32,000 bases of DNA. It comes from Candidatus Saccharimonadota bacterium (lineage in GTDB: Bacteria > Pseudomonadota > Alphaproteobacteria > CAJXXZ01 > 1604HC). This document shows, in pieces, positions 17,882 through 26,963 of this stretch. The translations under genes and the position numbers were made by a program. The notes below the pieces were generated by a model. It was not told the origin of the DNA, searched no databases, and was given only the letters and a program-made list of their open reading frames with translations. Each line of letters starts with the position of its first letter. Within the stretch, counting starts at the first letter, position 1. Location of the stretch: positions 60,001-92,000 of the forward strand of contig NZ_CP043315.1 in assembly GCF_008189285.1 (NCBI RefSeq), written 5' to 3'.

Positions 17882-19305
17882 TATTTAGATGCATTAAATT
17901 TCCTTTTTTTTATACTTTGTTTAATCTATTTTCCATATCAATAATTGTTCTTATGAGCTTTGTTATTAATAATTGGTATCTTGGATTTTATTCTGTTTTA
18001 TCTTCTAATAAGGAAAAATTGCCGTATCTTATTATTTTATTTATAATATATAATATTATTTCTCATGCAAGTGTATCTTTGAAAGAATTTACACAATATT
18101 CAATAAGTATTAGGTGGAGAGCAAATATTATTGCTAAAATTGCAAGTAGAATTAAGCCTCATTTGATAGATATTTCTAATCCAGATCAAAGATTATGCGA
18201 GGATAGCAATGAATTTGTTTCATATTTTACAAAGCTTATATCTGACATTATTCTCAATGCAGTTTCTTTAATTGTATTTATGATTTCATTGACTAAAATT
18301 ACTTCATTTGGAATAGCGTATAAATTAATTCTTGGAATGACATTGTATTCTTTGCTATGCAATCAAATCATTTCATTATATGTGAAAAAATACATCTTGA
18401 AATTAGGGGGTAAAAATGAAGGAAATGAAGCTGATTTAAGAATTAAAGTTTATGAGTTGCATCAATCTAAATCTGGATTTTCTATTGGATTAAAAAGATT
18501 AGTTGTGAAGGCTTTAAGAAAAATGTCTTTCCATCAAAAAAAATATTTTAATCATAAAACACTTATAGCATTCTTGCAGAAATTATTTGATGAAAATATA
18601 GGAATGATTTTCCCCTACATATTAATTTATTTATTTAGTTCAAAGTCTTGGAATATTGGGTTAGTGATGCAAATTGTGAATTGTTTAATGGTAATTAAAT
18701 TTCGCATGATGTTTTTTAGTGAAAATATACAAGATATATATATCGCGAAAATTGGCTACTATCGTTTAAAAAGATATATCAATCATTTAATTGATCATAA
18801 AGATCAATTTCAACATGGAAGGTCTGAGAATCTTAATATAGCTTTTTGCAAAATTGAAGTGTCAAACATGATTTTATTGAATAATATAAAATTAGAAGTC
18901 AAGAAAAATGATTCTTTGTGCTTGTATGGAGAATCAGGCATAGGCAAAACAACTTTATTGAGATACATTAATAACTCTATGAAAAATATAGAAGGGTTAG
19001 TAAGCTATCCTGGAAAAATGATTTGTCTTTGTTTGGGTAATCTGAAAAATTATTTAATATCTAGAGATAGATATGAAGATCATTTTTCTCAAGGAGAATT
19101 GCAAAAAGAATGCATTTCTTGCTTGATTGAAGAAAAGCCAGATTGGATTGTTTGGGATGAATTTTGCTTGGGATTATCTCAAGAAAGCAGAAAGAGAGAG
19201 TTTTTTAGATTGAAAAATAGTTTGAAGAATATTGGATTGGTAATTTTGACGCAAGATAAATTAGATTTTTGTGATAAGTCAATTCATTTAGAGAGGTTTG
19301 CATGA
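17878..19305 (+). CDS. fused permease-ATPase ABC protein, ABCD/SbmA-BacA-like membrane domain with a compressed, divergent NBD
   Basis: NPDQRLCEDSNEF (compare NPDQRIxED of the ABC_membrane_2 family), Walker A GESGIGKTT, signature-like FSQGE and Walker B WIVWDE. The ATGA overlap with the gltX stop is at 17878-17881. Confidence 0.6.
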   Translation: MIFRCIKFPFFYTLFNLFSISIIVLMSFVINNWYLGFYSVLSSNKEKLPYLIILFIIYNIISHASVSLKEFTQYSISIRWRANIIAKIASRIKPHLIDISNPDQRLCEDSNEFVSYFTKLISDIILNAVSLIVFMISLTKITSFGIAYKLILGMTLYSLLCNQIISLYVKKYILKLGGKNEGNEADLRIKVYELHQSKSGFSIGLKRLVVKALRKMSFHQKKYFNHKTLIAFLQKLFDENIGMIFPYILIYLFSSKSWNIGLVMQIVNCLMVIKFRMMFFSENIQDIYIAKIGYYRLKRYINHLIDHKDQFQHGRSENLNIAFCKIEVSNMILLNNIKLEVKKNDSLCLYGESGIGKTTLLRYINNSMKNIEGLVSYPGKMICLCLGNLKNYLISRDRYEDHFSQGELQKECISCLIEEKPDWIVWDEFCLGLSQESRKREFFRLKNSLKNIGLVILTQDKLDFCDKSIHLERFA

Positions 19306-20132
19306 TTATTTATAGATTTTTGCCTTTTTTATACATTTCATCTTATGTTGTTATATTGTTCTTTGTGAAGCAATTGCAATTAGATTCTAGCTTAAAAGCA
19401 TTAAGTAGGTTTATGGTTTCATTTATTGTTTTGTCTCCATTATTTATTATTAATCGAGATAAATTAAAAACAAAAAATCACAAGATATATTTTATCAGAG
19501 CTGTAATTGCATGTTGCGCTGTACTTTTGACATATAGAGTTTATAGCGTGTTGCCATTTACTAGCGCTACTTCAATTTCTTTGAGTGAGCCTTTGTTTAG
19601 CGCTTTATTATCTTTTTTAATATTGCGTGAGCAGATTTCATCAAGAAAATGGATTATGCTTCTTATTGGGTATATAGGAGTGTTAGTTTCAATGTGGCCA
19701 ATAGATTTTGCAAATAAATATTTAGTTATGCAGGGGTTATTGATTTTGGCCAATATTGTGGTTTCTTTTAATAGCGTGATTATGAAAAAATTGAGCACAA
19801 ATGAAGACACAGTTACAGTTTTGTTTTATTCATATATTTATATAATTCCTTTGCTTTGGATGGTAAATGCTTTTATGGGAAATAATTTGTGTTGCAGTGA
19901 AGTTTTTACTTATCAAAATATGAAAATATTAATTCCTATAGGTGTTTTAGGGGGATTAAATAATATATTGATGATTTTTTCTTTAAAGAAATTGCCGGTA
20001 TCAACATTTACATCTGCTCAATATTTCAGGATTTTCCTTGCCACTGCTTTTAGTATATTTATTGGAGAGTGCATTTCAATCAAAGAGATTGTTGGAAGTA
20101 TAATTATTGTTGTAAGTTCAGCTTTTATGTAA
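19302..20132 (+). CDS. EamA/DMT-superfamily transporter
   Basis: About ten hydrophobic segments with a two-EamA-repeat architecture. The ATGA overlap with the preceding gene is at 19302-19305. Confidence 0.7.
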   Translation: MIIYRFLPFLYISSYVVILFFVKQLQLDSSLKALSRFMVSFIVLSPLFIINRDKLKTKNHKIYFIRAVIACCAVLLTYRVYSVLPFTSATSISLSEPLFSALLSFLILREQISSRKWIMLLIGYIGVLVSMWPIDFANKYLVMQGLLILANIVVSFNSVIMKKLSTNEDTVTVLFYSYIYIIPLLWMVNAFMGNNLCCSEVFTYQNMKILIPIGVLGGLNNILMIFSLKKLPVSTFTSAQYFRIFLATAFSIFIGECISIKEIVGSIIIVVSSAFM

Positions 20133-20258
20133 TTGATTTAATCTGTATTATAATAATCTCTGTTATTAGATTAGATATAATTAACTGCAAAAACTCTTCT
20201 GTTAAATGCTTTAGCTTAGTTTTGATGTAATTGATTGTATAAATATTGTATTATTAGG

Positions 20259-20636
20259 TTATATTTTGCCTAAACTCCATTTTCCATTTTCTTCTTGCCA
20301 TATTTTTCCTTTTGCTTCAGATCTAGGTGGATTCCATAGTATATTTTCTACACTTTCATAAGAATCTGATGCATGATGGAAGTAAATATAAGTGTCAAAT
20401 TTCATATTTTCTATTTTTTTAGTGCTTATTACTATGGTTTGATCTTGCAAGTTAGGGTCATTTTCATCTCCATGAGGTAGAAATCTTCTGCTTTTCCAGA
20501 ATGCATCATTCAGCATATTCATATCTTCTTCATTCTTTACAATTAAAAGAATGGATCTATCATGTTTGTATAATTTATAAACCAACTCGAATATATTTTT
20601 AACAGAATGATCTGGAGAGCAAAAATAAGTAATCAT
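20259..20636 (-). CDS. holC: DNA polymerase III chi subunit-like
   Basis: SILLIVKNEEDMNMLNDAFWKSRRFLPH parallels E. coli HolC RVLIACEDEKQAYRLDEALW..FVPH. It is 125 aa and overlaps the upstream gene end by 4 nt. Confidence 0.6.
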   Translation of the reverse strand: MITYFCSPDHSVKNIFELVYKLYKHDRSILLIVKNEEDMNMLNDAFWKSRRFLPHGDENDPNLQDQTIVISTKKIENMKFDTYIYFHHASDSYESVENILWNPPRSEAKGKIWQEENGKWSLGKI

Positions 20637-21787
20637 CTTTTATCTAGCATATTTTTAAATACAACAATAAACAATGCTCCAGCAGATAAAGATACAACTG
20701 TAGTAGAAACAATCCAATTTGTTAAATATGTAGAATTTTTATGAAAACTATATATGTTTATCAAAACAAAAGAAAATTCACTTACCTGAGACAACAATAA
20801 ACTAGCCTCTAAAGCAAGTATGTCTTTCCATCCTAGCAATTTTAAGCTAGACATATTTATAAATAGTTTTATTGCAGTAACAGCGCAAACAATTGCAAAT
20901 ATAGATAACATGTTGTTCATAATAAATACTACGTCAAATAATATTCCTACATATATGAAAAATGACATCATTAGTATTCCGCTCAATGGGGCAGAAAAAG
21001 CTAGAAGTGAATTTTTTGGCCCTATATTCCCAAGTATAAATCCACATAAGAAAGCTCCATATACTCCAGATAATCCTAAATACTCTGATATAGCAGCAAA
21101 GCTAAAACATGCAGCAACTGATATTAATGCATTAATCTCTGAAATTTTAAATATCCAAGAGTTGAAGAATTTATGAACTATTCTTGGTTGAGATTTGCTC
21201 AAAAGAATAACTGTCCCAACCATACTTACGATAGATATAATAATTTTTATGAATAGCGTATGCATAGATTGATGAAATACTAAGCTTTTTAATATCATGA
21301 TCATGGGAGCTAATGTTAAATCTTGAGCAATTAATATGCTAATCACTAGAGATTGAACTGGGGTGTTGATTTCATTAAAATTTTCCATAATTTTAATCGC
21401 TACTGCAGTACTACTTAAAGCAATCATACATGTTATTAATGCAACTGTTGTTGCGTCTAAACAGAAAAAATAAGACAATAACAAGCTTATTAGTATTCCA
21501 AAAATAATTTGAGCTGAAACGCAATACATTGCTGTTTTCCATACTTTTTTGAATTCATATACATTTAATTTAAGACCAACCGTGAAAAGCATGATTAGCA
21601 TTCCATAATCACCTATAATGCCTATTAATTCTGGATTTGTAATCCATTGCAATGTGTAGGGGCCTAATAATACTCCAGTTAAAATATATCCCAAAATAGG
21701 TGGTTGTTTTAATCTTATAAATAACAATGCCATAACTGTGCAAACAGTAAGCACGATGGAAATTTGATTAATTTCAGCGAAGCCCAT
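20633..21787 (-). CDS. cation:proton antiporter (CPA2/Kef-type membrane domain, no RCK domain)
   Basis: LGYILTGVLLGP near the N-terminus and a multi-pass hydrophobic profile typical of the Na_H_Exchanger family. Confidence 0.8.
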   Translation of the reverse strand: MGFAEINQISIVLTVCTVMALLFIRLKQPPILGYILTGVLLGPYTLQWITNPELIGIIGDYGMLIMLFTVGLKLNVYEFKKVWKTAMYCVSAQIIFGILISLLLSYFFCLDATTVALITCMIALSSTAVAIKIMENFNEINTPVQSLVISILIAQDLTLAPMIMILKSLVFHQSMHTLFIKIIISIVSMVGTVILLSKSQPRIVHKFFNSWIFKISEINALISVAACFSFAAISEYLGLSGVYGAFLCGFILGNIGPKNSLLAFSAPLSGILMMSFFIYVGILFDVVFIMNNMLSIFAIVCAVTAIKLFINMSSLKLLGWKDILALEASLLLSQVSEFSFVLINIYSFHKNSTYLTNWIVSTTVVSLSAGALFIVVFKNMLDKR

Positions 21788-21921
21788 AAAACCATTATGT
21801 ATGCATATTGAATAAAAGTAAAATTTATATATTTTTTACATAAAATTTGTATATTTACAATTAGAAAGTTAGAGAATATTTTTAAATTAATCTTGAAATA
21901 TGTTCTCCTAGAGTATAATGT

Positions 21922-24426
21922 ATGTTTGTGTTTTCTTTGAAAAAAGCAATTGAAATAGTAGTAAGTTCAGTTAAAAAATTATTTTTTGGATCAAATCAGT
22001 TTTTGCTGAATAAAATGTGGAAAGTAGTTGATCAAATAGATCATATAAATCTTTCCGATTTGAGCGATAAAGATTTGTCTGGCATGACATTTGTGCTGAA
22101 AGAAAGATTGAAAAATGGCGAGTCGATAGATGATATTTTAGTGGATGCCTTTGCTGTTGTACGTGAAGCTGCCCATAGAGTATTAAATGAACGTCCTTAT
22201 AGAGTTCAGCTTTTAGGTGGAATTGCTCTTCACAAAGGAATGATTTCAGAAATGAAGACAGGAGAGGGAAAAACCCTAACTTCTGCTCTTCCTGCATATT
22301 TAAATGCTTTAACTGGTGAAGGTGTTCATATTGTTACAGTTAATGATTATCTTGCAGAAAGAGATTCTAAATTAATTGGAAAGATTTTTAATTTTCTTGG
22401 TTTGTCTGTTGGTTGCGTTGCAAATCATATGGGTGATGAAGCAAGAAAGCAGCAATATGATTGTGATATAACTTATATTACCAATAATGAATTAGGGTTT
22501 GATTATTTGAGAGATAATCTAAAAATGAGCCCTGATCAAGTTTGCCAAAGAGGTCTTCATTGCGCCATTGTTGATGAAATTGACAATATATTAATCGATG
22601 AAGCAAGAACCCCTTTAATTATTTCAGGGTCATCAGAAGAAACTTCTGGATTGTATATGTGGATTCAAAGCATTGTTTCTCAACTTGACGAAGCTCATTA
22701 CGAAAAAGATGAAAAAAATCATACAGTTACTTTAAATGAAGATGGAATACAAAAAATAGAAAATATTATGCGTCAAGAGGGTGTTTTAGATGATGATCAG
22801 ACAATTTATGATTCTCAACACATTATTTTAATACATCATATCAATCAAGCGTTGAAGGCAAATGCTTTATTCATAAAAAATGTGCATTATATGGTAAGCG
22901 ATAATAAAGTTAATATTATTGATGAATTTACTGGACGAATCATGCATGGAAGAAGATATTCTGATGGACTTCACCAAGCTATTGAAGCAAAAGAATCGGT
23001 TGAAATACAAGAAGAAAATCAAACTCTTGCATCTATTACTTTTCAAAGATTATTTAGATTATATGGAAAGTTATGCGGTATGACAGGTACTGCATCAACT
23101 GAAACAGAAGAATTTGAGAAAATTTATAATTTGAATATTGCAGTGATTCCAACCAATAAAACAATTGCTAGAATTGATCATGAAGATGAAATTTACGGAA
23201 CTATGAAAGAAAAAATCAATGCTGTTATTTCTCTTGTTAAAAAATGTCACGCCAAAGCGCAGCCAGTTTTACTTGGAACAAGCAGTGTGGAGAAATCTCA
23301 GATATTTGCGGATGCCTTAACTGAGCATGGAATTATGCATAGAGTTTTGAATGCCAAGAATCATGCCAATGAAGCTAAAATTATTGCTAATGCTGGTAAG
23401 TTAGGTCATGTTACAGTTGTTACAAATATGGCTGGAAGAGGAACTGATATTAAATTGGGAGGAAATCCTAAAATATTAATTGAAGATTTGACAAAAGATT
23501 TGGATGATGAAGAGCAAATTTCAGAAATTTCCAATCATGTAAATGAGCAATCTGAAAAAGAGAGAGAAGAGGTCTTAAAAGTTGGTGGATTGTTTGTAGT
23601 TGGAACAGAAAGACATGAGAGCAGAAGAATAGATAATCAATTAAGGGGAAGATCTGGACGTCAAGGAGATATAGGGGAGTCTAAATTTTTCCTTTCTTTA
23701 GAAGATGATTTGATGAGAATTTTTGCTTCTGGAAATCTAAAGCAATGGCTTAAGAGATTTGGATTAAAAGAGGGTGAGAAAATCACTAGCAAAATGATCA
23801 CAAAAGCAATTTCAAAAGCTCAAAAGAGAGTTGAGGCTCATAACTTTGACATAAGGCAACAAATGAAAAAATATGCCGATGTGAAAGAAGATCAAATGTC
23901 TTACATATATTTATATAGAAATGAGATATTATCTAGTTTTAACTTTGATATGTTAATAGATATTTCAAACAGAGTGATTGACAATGCTATGGAAAAGTTT
24001 TTATCTGATGAAAATTGGAATGAATCTGGATTATCTGAATACTTGCAATCAGTTTGCGGGATTAATATAGATATTGCTAGCGCTGTAAAAGATACACAAG
24101 CTAACTCTTCGTTGATTTCTAATTATGTAAAGGAGAATCTAAGAGTTCATTTGAGTCAATTTGAAAATGATGAAGATATGATAAGTTTTAGCAGAGTTTG
24201 CGCTTTAAATGCAATTGATGATCAATGGAGATCTCATGTTCAGGCATTGGATTATTTGAGACAGGGTATCAACTTGAAAAGTTATGGGCAAAAAGATCCT
24301 CTTATTGAGTATAAAAAAGACGCCTTTGCTATGTTTGAGAAAATTTGGCCATCTATTTATGAGAATTCATTGCAAAACTTGACTAATAAAACAAGTCATC
24401 CCAGCTTGCTTGACGAAGAGTATTAA
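21922..24426 (+). CDS. secA: preprotein translocase ATPase SecA
   Basis: FGSNQFLLNKM, MKTGEGKTL, DEIDNILIDEARTPLIISG and TNMAGRGTDIKLGGN. The protein ends ..SLLDEEY with no Cys-rich zinc-finger tail. Confidence 0.95.
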   Translation: MFVFSLKKAIEIVVSSVKKLFFGSNQFLLNKMWKVVDQIDHINLSDLSDKDLSGMTFVLKERLKNGESIDDILVDAFAVVREAAHRVLNERPYRVQLLGGIALHKGMISEMKTGEGKTLTSALPAYLNALTGEGVHIVTVNDYLAERDSKLIGKIFNFLGLSVGCVANHMGDEARKQQYDCDITYITNNELGFDYLRDNLKMSPDQVCQRGLHCAIVDEIDNILIDEARTPLIISGSSEETSGLYMWIQSIVSQLDEAHYEKDEKNHTVTLNEDGIQKIENIMRQEGVLDDDQTIYDSQHIILIHHINQALKANALFIKNVHYMVSDNKVNIIDEFTGRIMHGRRYSDGLHQAIEAKESVEIQEENQTLASITFQRLFRLYGKLCGMTGTASTETEEFEKIYNLNIAVIPTNKTIARIDHEDEIYGTMKEKINAVISLVKKCHAKAQPVLLGTSSVEKSQIFADALTEHGIMHRVLNAKNHANEAKIIANAGKLGHVTVVTNMAGRGTDIKLGGNPKILIEDLTKDLDDEEQISEISNHVNEQSEKEREEVLKVGGLFVVGTERHESRRIDNQLRGRSGRQGDIGESKFFLSLEDDLMRIFASGNLKQWLKRFGLKEGEKITSKMITKAISKAQKRVEAHNFDIRQQMKKYADVKEDQMSYIYLYRNEILSSFNFDMLIDISNRVIDNAMEKFLSDENWNESGLSEYLQSVCGINIDIASAVKDTQANSSLISNYVKENLRVHLSQFENDEDMISFSRVCALNAIDDQWRSHVQALDYLRQGINLKSYGQKDPLIEYKKDAFAMFEKIWPSIYENSLQNLTNKTSHPSLLDEEY

Positions 24427-25290
24427 CTTAAAATCCAAAGCATTCTAAAGTGCACTTCTTAATGAAAAAAGTTTAGTTTATTGAAATTATAATATTTGCT
24501 GTAAAGAAGATTAGTTATAATTAAGCTGTATTTTCCTATAGAATTTAATTGCATTTTGAAGTAATGTATATTATTTGCAAGCTCATTATAAAATTTAAAT
24601 TTCATGATTTTTGAAATATAATTTTTGAAATCTCAAAAATGCATGGTCAATAAAATCTAAATAATTCACGGAAAATTTATTTTATCAATAAATAATTTCA
24701 TGAAATAAAAAAATAAGATAAATAATATTTGAAATAAAAAATAAGCGAATAATATAGAAATCATTTCATGAAAAAATGAAAACAATCTTATGTTTAATTA
24801 TATCAAGCAAGTAGCATGCAAATATATTCTATTTTTCTTAAATTGATAATGGATATCAGATAATTCTCATGTTGCATCTAAGATTCAATTAATTTTTATG
24901 AGCTTAGATTGAAAATGATTATGCGCAAAAAGATTGGAATAATATAGTAGAGCGCACAAATAATAGAATGAGATTTAGATGAATTGAAATCTTTTGAATA
25001 TAGCAATATATTCAACTATAATATTTTAACAATATAACATATATTAAATTTTGAGAATTTACTGAGATTTTTTTTAAGTTCATGTTTATGATATTAGTAA
25101 GTTTATATTTTAATGCTTCTTCTTTAATTCTACTATGAAAAATATGTGTTATATATAATCTGTAGATGAGGCAATAGAAGTTGAATTTACTTTAGCTTTC
25201 TGACATTGCGTATGAAGCTAGATCTTAAGCATTAAGAGTGAAAAATTAAGAAATAACTAGAAAAATAATTTTAATTTATATCGATAGCAG

Positions 25291-25387
25291 AATCAATAAA
25301 ATCAATAAAATCAATAAAATCAATAAAATCAATAAAATCAATAAAATCAATAAAATCAATAAAATCAATAAAATCAATAAAATCAAT
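25291..25387. repeat. 9-bp microsatellite (AATCAATAA), about 10.8 perfect copies
   Basis: Direct reading: ten perfect units at 25291-25380, plus a partial AATCAAT. Confidence 0.95.
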
Positions 25388-25705
25388 TGATAATCTAGAA
25401 AATTAGAATGCAATATAAATTATAATTGAACATATACAAACTAACATTATTTTTTTGTTAGATTGGCATTGCGCTGAACGTGTTTGTAAATTAAGAGTTT
25501 TTGCAAGATAATTTGCATATTATTGTTGATTTAAGTATATAAATTTTAAATAATAAATCTATTGATAAAGAATAGAATAATTGCTATTAAAAAATATATA
25601 ATTTTCTTAAATAGCAGAAGAAGTGTAAAATTTCTGAGAGAGAGGTGTGATTTTCTTAGAATAGCCTTAAAATAGATTTAATTTAAAATACAAAGCGATA
25701 TTTAT

Positions 25706-25920
25706 AAAATAAAATCATTTTTAGTGAATTTTGTAATTTTCGTAGGATTTTTTATAAAAGTGCAATCTAGTAGGATTGGCATATAAGTTGTTCCCAATAA
25801 AATAAAATCATTTTTAGTGAATTTTGTAATTTTCATAGGATCTTTTGTAAAAATATAATTTAGTAGAGTTGGGAGCATTAGTTGCTCTCAATGAAATAAA
25901 ATCATTCTTGGTAAAATACA
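25706..25920. repeat. about 93-bp tandem repeat, 2 copies plus a partial third
   Basis: Units start at 25706, 25799 and about 25894. The first 36 nt (AAAATAAAATCATTTTTAGTGAATTTTGTAATTTTC) are identical in copies 1 and 2. The rest is roughly four-fifths identical by eye. Confidence 0.8.
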
Positions 25921-26176
25921 ATATAATTATTCCTGATGAAGTATAAATTTTTTAAATATCAAATCATTTCTTAAAAAACGCATATCCTGCTCGAAGAAAT
26001 ATAAATTTATTAAGCTTTTTTATAACAATTGATAATATCGACCTCAAGAAAGTCATTTTAGAATATGAAAAAAGTTTATCTCAAAATGCAAAGCAATTAT
26101 TTGCAAAACAATATCTAATGAATTCTTATTATAATTTAGAATTACATTATTTTTTAGTGTAGAGTTAATTTAAAAA

Positions 26177-26473
26177 TTAAGCTTTTTTAGCTTGTTTTTT
26201 AAGATACTTTTGCAATTTTCTTTTTTGCTCTTTTGCATCTACTGTCAATTTTCTATTTTTTGCATTTAGAAGGAATTGATCAAAACCACCATACTTGGTC
26301 ATTGTTCTCTCACCACGGTGAGAAATCAAGATTTTAATTTCTTTTTTTCTTATTTCACTCACAACATTTTTGGAGTGAAGGTTAGGCAAGAAGAGTCTTT
26401 TTGTTTTATTGTTCGCATGGCTAACATTGTGTCCATGTTGTACTCTATGTCCTGTTACTAAACAAATACGCAT
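26177..26473 (-). CDS. rpmB: 50S ribosomal protein L28
   Basis: MRICLVTGHRVQHGHNVSHANNKTKRLFLPNLH matches the L28 N-terminal signature. At 98 aa it has the long alphaproteobacterial form. Confidence 0.9.
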   Translation of the reverse strand: MRICLVTGHRVQHGHNVSHANNKTKRLFLPNLHSKNVVSEIRKKEIKILISHRGERTMTKYGGFDQFLLNAKNRKLTVDAKEQKRKLQKYLKKQAKKA

Positions 26474-26672
26474 ACTAGAATAGTATATTAATTATCAAAA
26501 AAAGCAAATAGATTGAATTAAAAAAAATTTAAAGTTTAATTGATAGCCAATGAAAATCACAAATAAACAGATTGATAGCAATTTCTAGTTATGCGCTTTA
26601 ATGAAAACTGCATTGATGGAGACGCGCACTATAAGCTGACATAGGGTAGGATTATATCTAGATATATGAGCA

Positions 26673-26963
26673 TTATCCCAGAGATTTATAGGCTTTGGAA
26701 TTTCTTGTAGATACTGGAGGAATAGATAGAGGTATGGCTGGCTTTATAATTGACATTTTAGCCATATTTGGAATTATGCTTGAAGTCATTGGAATCATGC
26801 TTGAAGTCATTGGAATCATGCTTGTAGATGGTGATTGATTGTCTTCTCCCAAATTAATTTTATGCTTGAAATTTGCATTGAGTTTGATTTGCATGGAAGT
26901 TGCAGAAAAGAAAATAGATTGAGCTAAAAAGATTGAACTAAAAGTTTTTAAAGATGCAATCAA
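26673..26963 (-). CDS. doubtful small ORF (TTG start) carrying a 21-bp repeat; coding status unresolved
   Basis: Only ORF-track support. No SD and no family recognised. A 34-aa ORF on the opposite strand (26734..26838) reads through the same repeat. Confidence 0.2.
   Translation of the reverse strand: MIASLKTFSSIFLAQSIFFSATSMQIKLNANFKHKINLGEDNQSPSTSMIPMTSSMIPMTSSIIPNMAKMSIIKPAIPLSIPPVSTRNSKAYKSLG
26770..26824. repeat. 21-bp tandem repeat ATGCTTGAAGTCATTGGAATC, about 2.5 copies
   Basis: 26776-26796 is identical to 26797-26817, followed by a partial ATGCTTG. Confidence 0.85.

Noticed and set aside
20820-21176. 118-aa plus-strand ORF inside the CPA2 antiporter gene
   Set aside because: It is antisense to a long hydrophobic transporter ORF and has no independent support.
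24460-24475. Intrinsic terminator after secA (palindrome AAGTGCACTT)
   Set aside because: It is a perfect 10-bp palindrome with no loop and no following T-run, so it does not have a terminator-like structure.
25291-25387. Possible CRISPR array
   Set aside because: The 9-bp units are directly abutting with no spacers, and no cas genes are nearby. It is a microsatellite.
26000-26176. rpmG (L33) downstream of rpmB, as in many bacteria
   Set aside because: The minus-strand translation of the 3' flank gives only stop-ridden frames and no Lys-rich L33-like peptide.
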